From: Candidatus Obscuribacteraceae bacterium
GTDB taxonomy: Bacteria > Cyanobacteriota > Vampirovibrionia > Obscuribacterales > Obscuribacteraceae
Length of the DNA: 64,000 nt
Direction: 5' to 3'
NCBI GenBank assembly: GCA_044226015.1
Contig: JBGAHS010000005.1
Coordinates: 608,001-672,000, forward strand
Shown: positions 1 to 9,611 of the stretch, piece by piece
Numbering within the stretch: position 1 is the stretch's first letter
Layout: each line of letters begins with the position of its first letter
Translations under genes and position numbers: made by a program
The notes under the pieces: generated by a model
The model's database searches: none
Told to the model about the DNA's origin: nothing
The model's input: the letters and a program-made list of their open reading frames with translations, nothing else

Positions 1-244
1 TTCCTGTGAGGAAAATGACTGGAGTTTGATTTCCAAGACCCCTTATCGTACGCAAGACGTCATAGCCGCTGATATTTGGAAGTCCCCAGTCAAGCAATAT
101 CAAATCAAATTGAAATTGCTCTATCAGCTGAAGACCATCTTCTCCAGAATTTGCAACTTCAACTGTGTGTTGTTCTAGCCTTAACCAATTGACAATGGAA
201 TCAGCTAGTTCCTGGTCGTCATCCACTACGAGTATCTTCGCCAT
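1..244 (-). CDS. Response regulator, receiver domain, probably OmpR family (5' part only; runs off the window start)
   Basis: Manual translation from ATG at 244: MAKILVVDDDQELADSIVNWLRLEQHTVEVANSGEDGLQLIEQFQFDLILLDWGLPNISGYDVLRTIRGLGNQTPVIFLTG. It has the acidic pocket, the phospho-Asp (LLDW) and PVIFLT. Not in the ORF track. Confidence 0.9.
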   Translation of the reverse strand, partial: MAKILVVDDDQELADSIVNWLRLEQHTVEVANSGEDGLQLIEQFQFDLILLDWGLPNISGYDVLRTIRGLGNQTPVIFLTG

Positions 245-360
245 GATGCCCTGCGAGGTGAGATGGTGACATTATAGCGAAATTTCACGCAATGGACTGC
301 ATTAGGTTCCTGATGTCATTCGAAAATTTCGATTTCGTTCTCTTGAAAACTGCAACGAAA

Positions 361-392
361 TCACGTGATTTTCACAATGGTGAAATTACGAT
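361..392 (+). promoter_or_regulatory. TCAC-N7-TCAC-N11-(-10) promoter upstream of ORF 440
   Basis: tcac gtgattt tcac aatggtgaaat TACGAT; same geometry as 8 other copies in the window. Confidence 0.7.
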
Positions 393-439
393 GTTTTCCA
401 TAAACATCCTCCGCGAATTTCGAGGATAGAGGAGTCCAA

Positions 440-1189
440 ATGACAGCAGATAGAACACACCCGAATGACTTCAATAAAATTTCCGAGAAGCATGGAAAAG
501 CAGAAGGTGAATCGGTACATCAAAAATTACTAGCTGATTCCACACCAAACCCAAATCAATTTACTAAAGGCCAAGAAAATAGAAATGATGCGAATGCCGC
601 TGTGAAAGCGCAGGGATTTCCAGATTTGCAATTGCATGATTCATCAAAAAATAGTGACGCTAAGAAAGATCATCCAAAGGATGGTCATACCGATCCTAAA
701 GACAGTGCGACCACGCCGAAGGATAGCGCTGGGAACGGCGGTAAAGATTCCGCTGCTAATGGACAATCGCACAAGGGCAGTGAATCCACTCGTAATCAGG
801 AATCAATAAAAAACGCCCCGGAAGCGAAGGGTGGTAATGAGCGTATAAAAAACGCACCTCACTCAGATAATTCAAAGGCTGAATTTGAGCAGAGTCCAAA
901 GGATTCAAATGGAAATCAGCATAAAGACTCTGGCAAATCTGGCGATAAGCTGATGGGAGCCAGCCAGACTCCAGCTGCCGGAGTAACAACCAATCTCGAT
1001 GGAAGTACAAGTGTGGTTGGAAAGGATTCACCAAACTCCTCTCAGACAGCGCCTGGCGAGAACAAACCTGATTTTGGGCAAGCACAGCAAAAGGAAAAGC
1101 CAAATCAAACCAACAACTCTGATGCTGCACATGGTGGCAAAACAGACAGCTCAGCTGATCGACATGGATTAGCAAAGGGCAAAGACTAA
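440..1189 (+). CDS. Hypothetical low-complexity hydrophilic protein (KDS repeats)
   Basis: 249-aa ORF with strong SD (AGGAG) upstream and a hairpin downstream. Confidence 0.75.
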   Translation: MTADRTHPNDFNKISEKHGKAEGESVHQKLLADSTPNPNQFTKGQENRNDANAAVKAQGFPDLQLHDSSKNSDAKKDHPKDGHTDPKDSATTPKDSAGNGGKDSAANGQSHKGSESTRNQESIKNAPEAKGGNERIKNAPHSDNSKAEFEQSPKDSNGNQHKDSGKSGDKLMGASQTPAAGVTTNLDGSTSVVGKDSPNSSQTAPGENKPDFGQAQQKEKPNQTNNSDAAHGGKTDSSADRHGLAKGKD

Positions 1190-1216
1190 ACAGAAAGTTT
1201 AACCGGGTCGCTGGTA

Positions 1217-1277
1217 TCAGAGGGCACGCTAGAGGAATGGACAGATTCCTTTTGCTTTGCCCTCTGAGCGCTTTTTC
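1217..1277 (+). terminator. Hairpin/terminator after ORF 440
   Basis: tcagagggca...aggaat-loop-attcct...tgccctctga, with a T-run shortly after. Confidence 0.45.
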
Positions 1278-1538
1278 AGGAGCCAATTCAATATTTCTAT
1301 TCTTATAGAGAATGCTTGGTCTGAACGATTCTGCTTCGATATCAGTTTTAAGGGGACGGTTTGATGATAGCGATACACGATTATGTCTGGAGCCTCAGGC
1401 TGAAGGACTATGTTCGCAAGAGCAGGGCTGCAAGAGAAGGTTGGAAGTGCAGGGTTGTAAGATCAACGTTGCAAGAACTGGGTTGCAAGAGCAGGGCTGG
1501 GTGATCAAGTCAGTAATTTGGATCGTATATACAGATTG

Positions 1539-1694
1539 TCACGGTCTTTTCATTCGAAGCTTAGTATTCTAGCTTGTGTTGAACGACAAGAACGCATCAG
1601 TCCGAACTGAGCCTAAGTTCAAAAAGATTTTCCTCAAGCAACCAACCAACACCTCATAGAGACAGACTTCTGCCAAGTCTGTCTTTATGATTTT
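1539..1694 (+). ncRNA. Sibling sRNA unit 1 (promoter + about 120-nt RNA + terminator)
   Basis: tcac-N7-tcat-N11-TATTCT; core CCTCAAGCAACCAACCAA at 1632; hairpin tcatagagacagactt/aagtctgtctttatga followed by TTTT. Confidence 0.65.
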
Positions 1695-1739
1695 GTGCAT
1701 GACAATAGAGTAAGAATGCAGAATTGAACATGCCAAAAC

Positions 1740-1935
1740 TCACGCATTTTTCACCTAGCCAAAACTACTCTATAAACACAATCCCTTCCAAAACAAATTC
1801 CCCAAGAATGACTTTTGAATGATTCCTTCAGCCAGGAGGCGAGCCACATAATCCAAATCCCTTAACTTTTACCTCAAGCAACCAACCAAAAACTTCATAA
1901 GGACAGATCACTGCCAGGTCTGTCCTTTTGAATTT
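1740..1935 (+). ncRNA. Sibling sRNA unit 2
   Basis: tcac-N7-tcac-N11-TACTCT; TAATCCAAATCCCTTAACTTTT; core at 1872; hairpin aaggacagatc/ggtctgtcctt. Confidence 0.65.
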
Positions 1936-1992
1936 GGTTTTCTCGATTGTTTGAACTGTTTTGAAAGACTGTGTTGTAATACATATGTTTGT

Positions 1993-2185
1993 TCACGCCG
2001 TTTTCACACCCAAATGACTATTCTGTTTTTGTTGATAGTTTTTCTGGTTCACCGGAAGAGCGCTGCGGAAAACCAAATACGGTGCAAGACGCGGACGCTC
2101 AACTTCAACAAGATTTTTCCTCAAGCAACCAACCAAACCAACAGCATAGGGACAGACTCTGCCAGGTCTGTCCCTATGTTTGTTA
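1993..2185 (+). ncRNA. Sibling sRNA unit 3
   Basis: tcac-N7-tcac-N11-TATTCT; core at 2119; hairpin catagggacagac/gtctgtccctatg. Confidence 0.65.
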
Positions 2186-2226
2186 TACCTGTGGTCCTTA
2201 TTTCTGCGTCTGATGAATCTCCATCC

Positions 2227-2361
2227 GTCGGATTCGCGTCTGTCGGATTCGCGTCTGTCGGATTCGCGTCTGTCGGATTCGCGTCTGCCGGATTCGCGTC
2301 TGTCGGTTGGCGTCTGTCGGTTGGCGTCTGTCGGATTGGCATTTGTCGGATTGGCGTCTGT
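2227..2361. repeat. Tandem repeat, 15-bp unit GTCGGATTCGCGTCT (about 5 good copies, then degenerate)
   Basis: Direct inspection. Confidence 0.9.
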
Positions 2362-2484
2362 TGAATCTGCGCTTTTATCCTGGAGCGCAAGCTTCTATCT
2401 GTAGTTGGTCAAACACATTTTCTGAATGCACAGAGATCTGCTTGAATCTAGAATAAGAAACTGTGCGAATCCACTGCTGGTGAG

Positions 2485-2695
2485 TCACGGCTTTTTCACA
2501 GCGAGTTGATTAGTCTATAACTGTTGAACGTTTCCCCTGTTCAATACCAATGCTCTCCCTTAACGAACCTAAGCCTAATCCAATTCACAAGCACCCTCGG
2601 AGGCTCTGAACCGTAATCCAAATCCTTTAACTTTTACCTCAAGCAACCAACCAAACTCAAAGGACAGACTCTGCCAGGTCTGTCCTTTTGATTTT
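2485..2695 (+). ncRNA. Sibling sRNA unit 4
   Basis: tcac-N7-tcac-N11-TAGTCT; 5' hairpin ttgaac-gtttcccct-gttcaa; core at 2637; hairpin aaggacagac/gtctgtcctt followed by a T-run. Confidence 0.7.
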
Positions 2696-2742
2696 GCTGC
2701 GACCCTCTTGCTGTCGCTTGCTTATACTCTAAGGGTAAGACC

Positions 2743-2775
2743 TCTTCTTCTTCTTCTTCTTCTTCTTCTTCTTCT
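2743..2775. repeat. (TCT)n microsatellite, about 11 units
   Basis: Direct inspection. Confidence 0.9.
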
Positions 2776-2950
2776 CTTTCTATTTCTACGCTGTTCTGTT
2801 TTGGCGGCTTAAGAGGGTTTTGGATACATCGTAATCGGAAGCTATCGGGAATTGTAAGAGAGATAGTGCCATATATGGTATCACTGTATATATGATTTGG
2901 TTGGGGATTTGGTTTCTGAGAAAACACTGTGTGAATCCACTGCTGGTGAG

Positions 2951-3157
2951 TCACGGCTTTTTCACAGCGAGTTGATTAGTCTATAACTGTTGAACGTTTC
3001 CCCTGTTCAATATCAATGCTCTCCCTTAACGAACCTAAGCCTAATCCAATTCACAAGCACTCGGAGGCTCTGAACCATAATCCAAATCCTTTAACTTTTA
3101 CCTCAAGCAACCAACCAAACTCAAAGGACAGACTCTGCCAGGTCTGTCCTTTTGATT
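2951..3157 (+). ncRNA. Sibling sRNA unit 5 (near-identical recent duplicate of unit 4)
   Basis: 2927-3157 is almost identical to 2461-2693; core at 3101. Confidence 0.7.
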
Positions 3158-3231
3158 GGTATGAAGGTCGCTGTAGCACTGGTTTTGTGATCATTAGCTG
3201 CATGCAACTGTAGGAATCTACCGATGTAGAA

Positions 3232-3433
3232 TCACAGTTATTTCACAGCAGGCGGACTACTATAATCTCAATTGAACTATCCCCTGTTCAATCCTAAAGC
3301 TCTCCCTTAACAATTTGAGCTATTCCGAGATAAATACCTACTTTGGAGGTCTCTGCTTATAACCTAACCCTAATCCAAATCCCTTAACTTTAACTCAATC
3401 AAGGATGGACTTCTGCAGAGTCCGTCCTTTTTT
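3232..3433 (+). ncRNA. Sibling sRNA unit 6 (divergent; lacks the CAACCAACC core)
   Basis: tcac-N7-tcac-N11-TACTAT; ttgaac-tatcccct-gttcaa; TAATCCAAATCCCTTAACTTT; hairpin aaggatggac/gtccgtcctt followed by a T-run. Confidence 0.6.
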
Positions 3434-3572
3434 GATTGTGAGCGATCTCAGGTCACATTGCGAAAAGACGTTGAGTGATCTGCTTAAGGACTGGCTTCTC
3501 AGGCGTCGATTGAAAGGTCTACAAAAATGTGCTCGATTGCAGATGAAACTGCACTATTCCACCCTAGAGGTG

Positions 3573-3604
3573 TCACAGCGTTTTCACCCCAGAAGAATTA
3601 GTTT
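3573..3604 (+). promoter_or_regulatory. TCAC-N7-TCAC-N11-(-10) promoter upstream of ORF 3673
   Basis: tcac agcgttt tcac cccagaagaat TAGTTT. Confidence 0.65.
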
Positions 3605-3672
3605 ATTAGCATAAACATCATCGCTTTCTATTCATTTGTTTCACGCAACCCCATATATAGGTCCAAACTGTC

Positions 3673-4137
3673 ATGTTCAAACCAGCCATAGATATCGACC
3701 CAGTTGCGCTGAGAAGCGTCAACATCGCCGCTGCGCCACTACCACCAGTGGCAACAGTTCCACCAGCAAATATTCAATCCAAAGTCCAGGAAAAAGAACT
3801 CGCAAGACAGCTCACTGAGAGACTAGTCGAAGAACTGAAGGATGAACTCATCAATGCTTCAATTGGTGAATCCATTCAGATTCATATTCCGCCCCTGGAT
3901 AACAACTTCGGTTGCCTCACTAAGGTCAAATTTATAGGACGTGCCAACGCTTCTAAATCTGACATGACTACACTTCCAGATTTGAAGAAATTTCAGGATG
4001 AGATTCTCTATCCTGATATCTGTATGGCCCGTTCCGGTAGCGTCATTCCTGAGTGGAAATCTCTCAAATTTTTGATTGGAACCGAAAAGTATGCCGTTGT
4101 GATGATGTGCTTTGTTGGAATTAAGCGCTCAGCTTAG
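3673..4137 (+). CDS. Hypothetical protein
   Basis: 154-aa ORF with protein-like composition, preceded by the box promoter. Confidence 0.6.
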   Translation: MFKPAIDIDPVALRSVNIAAAPLPPVATVPPANIQSKVQEKELARQLTERLVEELKDELINASIGESIQIHIPPLDNNFGCLTKVKFIGRANASKSDMTTLPDLKKFQDEILYPDICMARSGSVIPEWKSLKFLIGTEKYAVVMMCFVGIKRSA

Positions 4138-5222
4138 TTTCGTGCTTGCTTGAATAAGTAGTGCGATACAATCCATTCTTCACCTTGTCTGTAGCCCCAG
4201 AGTTCAGCGCATGCCAGAAAGAACAAGCGCCAATATATCCACCAACGTTTTGCCTGAGCCTCGCCATAAGTGTCAGCTAGAATGGGAAGAATTCGTTCCC
4301 TGTTAGAACTCATGTTCTCAAGCCAGGCTTCTGCGGTTTTCTGATAATGCTTGCCGTTAACTTTCCAATCCTTTTCGATTTTCAAGTCCTTGTTGAAGTG
4401 AGATAACAGATCATGTGATGGCATGGTTCCGCCCGTGAAAAAGTACTTCGTGAGCCAGTCGTTCTGGTCAGAGCTGTCGAAATGGTATGGATGTTCCACG
4501 TGTGTAAAAATATGCACAAATAGCTTGCCATCAGCTTTGAGCCAGCATGAAAGTGTTTGCAATAGTCTCTCGTAGTTTTTCATGTGTTCGAACATTTCGA
4601 CCGATACTATTCTGTCGAAGCGTTCATTTTCCCCGAAGAATGACTCGGTAAGCTCGGCGACGTTCCTGGTTAGTACGGTCAGGTTCCTTATTCCTCTTAA
4701 TTCAGCTCGACGCATGATACTTTCACGCTGGCTGTTTGAATTGGAAATCGCTATAAAAGTCGAACCAGGGTATTTGGCAGCAGCGAAGAGTGAGAAAGCT
4801 CCCCAACCGCACCCGAGGTCGAGCACCCGTTGTCCGTCGTTAATTTGGGCACGCTCACACGTCTCGGCAAGCATTCTGTTTTCAGCTGAATCTAAACTGT
4901 CGTTGTCTTGCCAAAGTGCACAGCTGTATTTCATGTTAGAGCCGAGTATCATTTCATAGAAGGAAGCTGGCACCTCGTAGTGTTGTTTATTTGCTGAATC
5001 GGTAGACACTGCCACTGGTGAATGTCTCAGTTCTTCAACAAAGTCTCTTTTCCTTTGTGCCGGGTTACCGCTACCGAGTTCACGCGTCTTTTGTGCCAGC
5101 ATGTTTCGAATGCCAAGTCTCACGACGAATTCTGGCACCAAGCCTGTCGCAATAAAGTCATAGAGGGCAATATTGCTTTTTGAGTCTTCACAGTATTTTC
5201 TGTTCAATGTGCTGCTGGTCAT
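4134..5222 (-). CDS. SAM-dependent methyltransferase, cyclopropane-fatty-acid synthase-like
   Basis: ANKQHYE, MKYSCALW, VLDLGCGWG and SVEMFEHM motifs. Confidence 0.9.
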   Translation of the reverse strand: MTSSTLNRKYCEDSKSNIALYDFIATGLVPEFVVRLGIRNMLAQKTRELGSGNPAQRKRDFVEELRHSPVAVSTDSANKQHYEVPASFYEMILGSNMKYSCALWQDNDSLDSAENRMLAETCERAQINDGQRVLDLGCGWGAFSLFAAAKYPGSTFIAISNSNSQRESIMRRAELRGIRNLTVLTRNVAELTESFFGENERFDRIVSVEMFEHMKNYERLLQTLSCWLKADGKLFVHIFTHVEHPYHFDSSDQNDWLTKYFFTGGTMPSHDLLSHFNKDLKIEKDWKVNGKHYQKTAEAWLENMSSNRERILPILADTYGEAQAKRWWIYWRLFFLACAELWGYRQGEEWIVSHYLFKQARN

Positions 5223-6007
5223 GTTGTTCTCCTGAACCAGGGAATGAATACCGAGGTTCTTTTTTGATAGTCTGCATAATCTGATCGCGTTTTAACTGAA
5301 TGTTCTTCGGAGGGTTTAACGCCTGTTACGTTGAAGAGCAAATGTAAGAGTGTTAGAGACGAGCTCACTGAGAGGACGCCCCACGGCGAACCGAGCGCGT
5401 AAATAGTGAACGAGCTCGCAGCTAACCATTCAAAAAAGTAGTTTGGATGGCGCGAGTAGTACCATAATCCTGTTTGGCATGTTTTACCTTTGTTGGCTGT
5501 GTTTTTCGAAAATTCGGCTAATTGCTGATCTGAAATTGCTTCACACGTCATTGAAATGAGCCAGATGGATGCAGCGATCCAGTGAAGAGCATCAATTGCT
5601 TGTTCATGGTCAGTCACTACAAATGCAAATGGTGCAGACATAAGGCATAGAATGAGTCCCTGCCAGAGGAATATGACTAGCAGCTTTATGCCATTCTTGT
5701 CTTCGCCCATCTGCCTCTTCAACTCGGTGTATCTTGCGTCTTCTTCAGGATAATGGCGCAAAAATCTGTTAGTGAGATGCCAGGTGAGGCGAAGACTAGA
5801 AACTACAACCATTGTTGCCAGTAGCAGTTGCCGCCCACCAGTGTTTCCTGAACAAAGCAAGTAAAGCACAACGAGAATTGTTGACCCGAACGCCCACGAT
5901 AAATCAACGATTCCCGCATTTCGAATTCGCTGTGCAATAAACCATGTGAGAGTCATGAAACCCGCACTGCAGCCTAATCCTATTGCCAGTATCAAGAATG
6001 CATTCAT
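5219..6007 (-). CDS. DUF1295 / steroid 5-alpha-reductase-like membrane protein
   Basis: NAGIVDLSW, EDARY, GLWYYSRHPNYFFEW; multiple TM segments. Confidence 0.9.
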   Translation of the reverse strand: MNAFLILAIGLGCSAGFMTLTWFIAQRIRNAGIVDLSWAFGSTILVVLYLLCSGNTGGRQLLLATMVVVSSLRLTWHLTNRFLRHYPEEDARYTELKRQMGEDKNGIKLLVIFLWQGLILCLMSAPFAFVVTDHEQAIDALHWIAASIWLISMTCEAISDQQLAEFSKNTANKGKTCQTGLWYYSRHPNYFFEWLAASSFTIYALGSPWGVLSVSSSLTLLHLLFNVTGVKPSEEHSVKTRSDYADYQKRTSVFIPWFRRTT

Positions 6008-7311
6008 TCAACCAGTTCCGAACTCAGCTCATAATTATTGGGACGCGAGTACAAAGACTGAACTACTGAGATGTTTCGCATATGAAAAGCTGCCTGGCAA
6101 TATTCGAAGTAATAATTCCATTTGCGCTTGAATTTGTCATCGAAGCCCATCGCTTTGATATGTTGCCACTCACGATTGAAATTTCTATCCCACAGCTTTA
6201 GAGTGGCTACATACGAGTCAGTCATGTCAAAAACATCAATTGGGAACAGGTCTCCACACTTTTGCATAGCACCTGAGACGCGGCGTAGCGAAGGAAGTAG
6301 TGAACCCGGAAAAATATGTTTTTGAATAAAGTCGACGTTGCGCTTCAAAGTTTCGTATCGCGAATCTGGGCAGGTGATCATCTGCAGGAGTACCAGACCA
6401 TGGGGTTTAAGAACTGAATCGATTGTGGAGATGTACTTGTCCATATACTCGTCACCAACAGCTTCGATCATTTCTATGGATACGACTTTATCAAAGCTAC
6501 CTTTGAGGTCTCGGTAATCGAGTAATTTCAGGTCGATGCGGTCTTCTAGCCCTGCGGCTCTCACTCTGCGTTGGGCATATTCGAGTTGCGCTTCTGATAT
6601 TGTTATTCCGGTGATACGGCACCCATATTTAGACGCTGCATGAACTGCAAATGCGCCCCATCCGCAGCCAATCTCAAGGACGTGATCCTTTGAGTTGAGC
6701 CGCAACTTCTTGCAAATGCGATCGAATTTGGCGTATTGAGCTGTTTCCAAATCCTGATTTCCTGATTCGAATAGGGCTGAGGAATAGGTCATCGAAGGGT
6801 CTAATATTTTGTTGAAAAAATTGTTTCCCAGGTCGTAGTGCTCGTATATGTTAATGCGACTGTTTTTGACTGAGTTATTTCTAGCCACGTGAGCCAGGCG
6901 ATTAAATGCACCTAGTAAATTGAATGCGATTCCAGATTTCTTTGACTCGGTCATAACAGGTGAGTTGTCTGTGTTTATGAGAAACCAGGAGATGACGTCC
7001 CTGATGCTACTAATCTGGCATAGTCCGTCCAGATAAGATTCTGCTAGCCCTAAATCTGCATAAAGCAAGCAGCGTTCAAAGAACTCATCGTTGAAAATTT
7101 CAATTGTTGGCGTTTCTTTGAATATAGATTCTGACGGTTGGGCTTGCCCAAAGACAAGTGACTCACCATCTGGAGTGATGATTCGCAGCCGATCGCGCCT
7201 TAATTGTCTTAAGAGCGAAATGATGATGCTTTTTGCCTGGCGTCTAATAAAGCTGGAAAATGCGCTTCCTGGCTGTGTCGGAATTGTGTGGTTCAGGTTT
7301 GATATCATCAT
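6004..7311 (-). CDS. cfa: Cyclopropane-fatty-acyl-phospholipid synthase family methyltransferase (Cfa/UfaM-like)
   Basis: HYDLGN, MTYSSA, LEIGCGWG, SIEMIEAVG, IFPGSLLP. Confidence 0.9.
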   Translation of the reverse strand: MMISNLNHTIPTQPGSAFSSFIRRQAKSIIISLLRQLRRDRLRIITPDGESLVFGQAQPSESIFKETPTIEIFNDEFFERCLLYADLGLAESYLDGLCQISSIRDVISWFLINTDNSPVMTESKKSGIAFNLLGAFNRLAHVARNNSVKNSRINIYEHYDLGNNFFNKILDPSMTYSSALFESGNQDLETAQYAKFDRICKKLRLNSKDHVLEIGCGWGAFAVHAASKYGCRITGITISEAQLEYAQRRVRAAGLEDRIDLKLLDYRDLKGSFDKVVSIEMIEAVGDEYMDKYISTIDSVLKPHGLVLLQMITCPDSRYETLKRNVDFIQKHIFPGSLLPSLRRVSGAMQKCGDLFPIDVFDMTDSYVATLKLWDRNFNREWQHIKAMGFDDKFKRKWNYYFEYCQAAFHMRNISVVQSLYSRPNNYELSSELVE

Positions 7312-8349
7312 TTACTCGCTTTGAATTGGTCTTGGATTTAGAACATTCGTTTGTAATTCTGGATGCTCTTCTTTTCTATGAAAAGGTATGCGCTTAAGCC
7401 ATAAAATCGCTGCATGAAGGTGGATCAAAAAAATGACATTTATTGTGCAGAGAGGATTAGCCAGTGCAAGTTTTAAGATACTTTTATCGCTGAATTCGTG
7501 TCGCTCTCCTGCGATGTAGCCAGCCATGATGAGCTTTTGAGCGTCATCAGCTAGCTCTGTGGTGCTTATTTGAATAGCTAAGTGCTTGCCGGGAATGCCG
7601 ACCTTGAAGTCGAAGAATTGGTCCAATTCCGTAAATGGAGAGACGTAGAAATACTTTTTCTGTACATCGCAAAAGAAGTCAGCTTTTAAGTCGCGAAGAA
7701 GATACATTTTTCTCTCATGGAATGTATTCTCTACTTCGACGATGCAGCAAATTAGCTTTTGATGAGAGTCAAAGCAATAAAAGCAAGAGATGGGATTGAA
7801 CACATAGTTAAAGTTTCGAACATTGCATAGCAGAGCCACTCTTTCAATTTGCTCCTCAACTCCCTGGTCTTGCAAATAACCCCGCACTCTTTCAAGTAAG
7901 GAGCTTGGTGCCTCCTGGCTGTTTTGCCAGTCTAGGTTCTCGCTATTGCTGTTGGCTGAGACTTGGAGCTTCTCTCTGTCAATGCGATTGGCCGCTGGTT
8001 TGTTTTTACTAAGCGCTACAGGGCAGCTTTTGCCTGAGTCATTGTCGTCGTTTCGTTCTGTATTTTTTTGTTCTGTATTGTGTGGTTCTTTATTGTTTTG
8101 ATCTCTCAAGGGAAAATGATCTGATTCCAGGAAGCGAAAAATCCTTTGCTGCTCAGTGCCAAATAATGAAGTGGCTAACTCTAATTCCGACAGTTCATCC
8201 AACCAGAGGTAGAACATGAAATGAGAGAGTGAAAATTCATGCTTTTTCGGGGTGAAGCGTCGGTGTTTAATAGAACATTTGTACAGGCAGGAGTCAAATC
8301 GCCTTACCTTGTTCCTATTCCTCTCTGCTGCTGTTAAAGCCTGAATCAT
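7312..8349 (-). CDS. DUF1365 family protein (UfaO-like) with a low-complexity insertion
   Basis: HRRF.PK.H.F, YVFNPISCFY, EVENTF.E, FYVSPF, IHLHA..LW.K. Confidence 0.9.
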   Translation of the reverse strand: MIQALTAAERNRNKVRRFDSCLYKCSIKHRRFTPKKHEFSLSHFMFYLWLDELSELELATSLFGTEQQRIFRFLESDHFPLRDQNNKEPHNTEQKNTERNDDNDSGKSCPVALSKNKPAANRIDREKLQVSANSNSENLDWQNSQEAPSSLLERVRGYLQDQGVEEQIERVALLCNVRNFNYVFNPISCFYCFDSHQKLICCIVEVENTFHERKMYLLRDLKADFFCDVQKKYFYVSPFTELDQFFDFKVGIPGKHLAIQISTTELADDAQKLIMAGYIAGERHEFSDKSILKLALANPLCTINVIFLIHLHAAILWLKRIPFHRKEEHPELQTNVLNPRPIQSE

Positions 8350-9611
8350 ACTAAAATACCAGTTTTACTCAGAATTCTAGTCACAGCTAGCGAGGAATTG
8401 AGAGCGTCTTCGTGAAAACCATAGGTGAAGTAGCTTCCGCAAAAATAGATGTTTCCACTGTTCTCATTGAGCTTATGCAGTGACTTTTGGGCTTCGACAG
8501 CTTCCAGGGTGAAGATTGGATGATGGAAGTCGAAGCTGTTCAGCACCGCAGATGGAGCAATAATATTCTGACTATTCAGCGAAACAAAATAGTCCTTTTT
8601 CTTTGACACGCCCTGCAGCGAATTCATCCAGTAGTGGGTTGTGGCAGTGTGACCGTCTTGCTCAATACGATAGTTCCATGATGACCAACAACGGTTGCAC
8701 TCAGGCATCACACTAGTGTCTGTGTGGACTATGGCATTGTTTAACTGGTATTTGAATTTTGAAAGCAATGTGTGCTCGATTTCACGTGGCTGGTCTAAAA
8801 TTGAAAGGGCTTCGTCGGCATGGCATGCAAATATCACCTTATCAAATTCAAAGTTATCGCCTTCTTTTGTGCGTATCTGCACCTTGTTGTTGGATGCCCT
8901 GCTAACTCGTTCTACTGCAGAGTGAATCTTTCTGCTGCTGTTCGGCAGTTTGCTTTCGATCTTCTTCACGTACTCGCGTGCGCCACCTTCCACCGTCCAC
9001 CACTGATGCTGAGTCTTCTGACCCAGAAAACCATGATTATGGAAAAAGCGAAGTAGGCTGTTTGCAGGAAAGTCTATGATCTTCGAGGGCGGAGTTGACC
9101 AAACCGCACTACTCATTGGAACGAGATAGAAATCTAGTAAGTCTTGACCATAACCTCTCGAAAGAACGTACTCCCTGAGAGACATCGCTTTGAATGACTC
9201 CGCATCGATGGACGGTACTGCATCTTTATTGAATTGATCAAGCGCAAAGAGCATTTTCCAGAATCGCAAATTCACTAAGTTGCGTCGGTCTGCGAACAGC
9301 CGATTGAAACTTGCGCCTGAATATTCCAGGTTGAAACGCTTTTGCTGAACACTGAAAGACATATCAGTCCTTTTTGTTGCTACATCTAGTTCTGCAAACA
9401 ATTTTGTAAGGTTTGGATATGTGACGTGGTTAAAGACCATAAAGCCTGTGTCTAATGACACAGACTTTCCATCTTCCGCAAAATCGAGAGTCCTGGTGTG
9501 ACCACCGACATAATTGTTCTTTTCGAAAATGGTTATTTCATACTGGTCCCTCAGGTAGTATGCTGCGGAGAGCCCGGCTATCCCACTACCCACTATGGCG
9601 AGTTTCTTCAT
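8346..9611 (-). CDS. FAD-dependent oxidoreductase, amine oxidase family (UfaD-like)
   Basis: Start MKKLAIVGSGIAG at 9611 overlaps the desaturase stop (ATGA); GGHT, DTGFMVFN..TYP, YGFHED. Confidence 0.9.
   Translation of the reverse strand: MKKLAIVGSGIAGLSAAYYLRDQYEITIFEKNNYVGGHTRTLDFAEDGKSVSLDTGFMVFNHVTYPNLTKLFAELDVATKRTDMSFSVQQKRFNLEYSGASFNRLFADRRNLVNLRFWKMLFALDQFNKDAVPSIDAESFKAMSLREYVLSRGYGQDLLDFYLVPMSSAVWSTPPSKIIDFPANSLLRFFHNHGFLGQKTQHQWWTVEGGAREYVKKIESKLPNSSRKIHSAVERVSRASNNKVQIRTKEGDNFEFDKVIFACHADEALSILDQPREIEHTLLSKFKYQLNNAIVHTDTSVMPECNRCWSSWNYRIEQDGHTATTHYWMNSLQGVSKKKDYFVSLNSQNIIAPSAVLNSFDFHHPIFTLEAVEAQKSLHKLNENSGNIYFCGSYFTYGFHEDALNSSLAVTRILSKTGILV

Noticed and set aside
1632..3155. Repeated CCTCAAGCAACCAACC + hairpin read as a CRISPR array
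   Set aside because: Spacing is 240-520 nt and irregular, each unit has its own promoter, and no cas genes are present.
1951..3213. Small ORFs with a shared SSNQPN..DRLCQVCP peptide (1989..2213, 3016..3213) and repeat-derived ORFs (1951..2404, 2634..2954)
   Set aside because: They run through terminator hairpins or tandem repeats, lack SD sequences, and the frame is broken by stops or indels in other copies.
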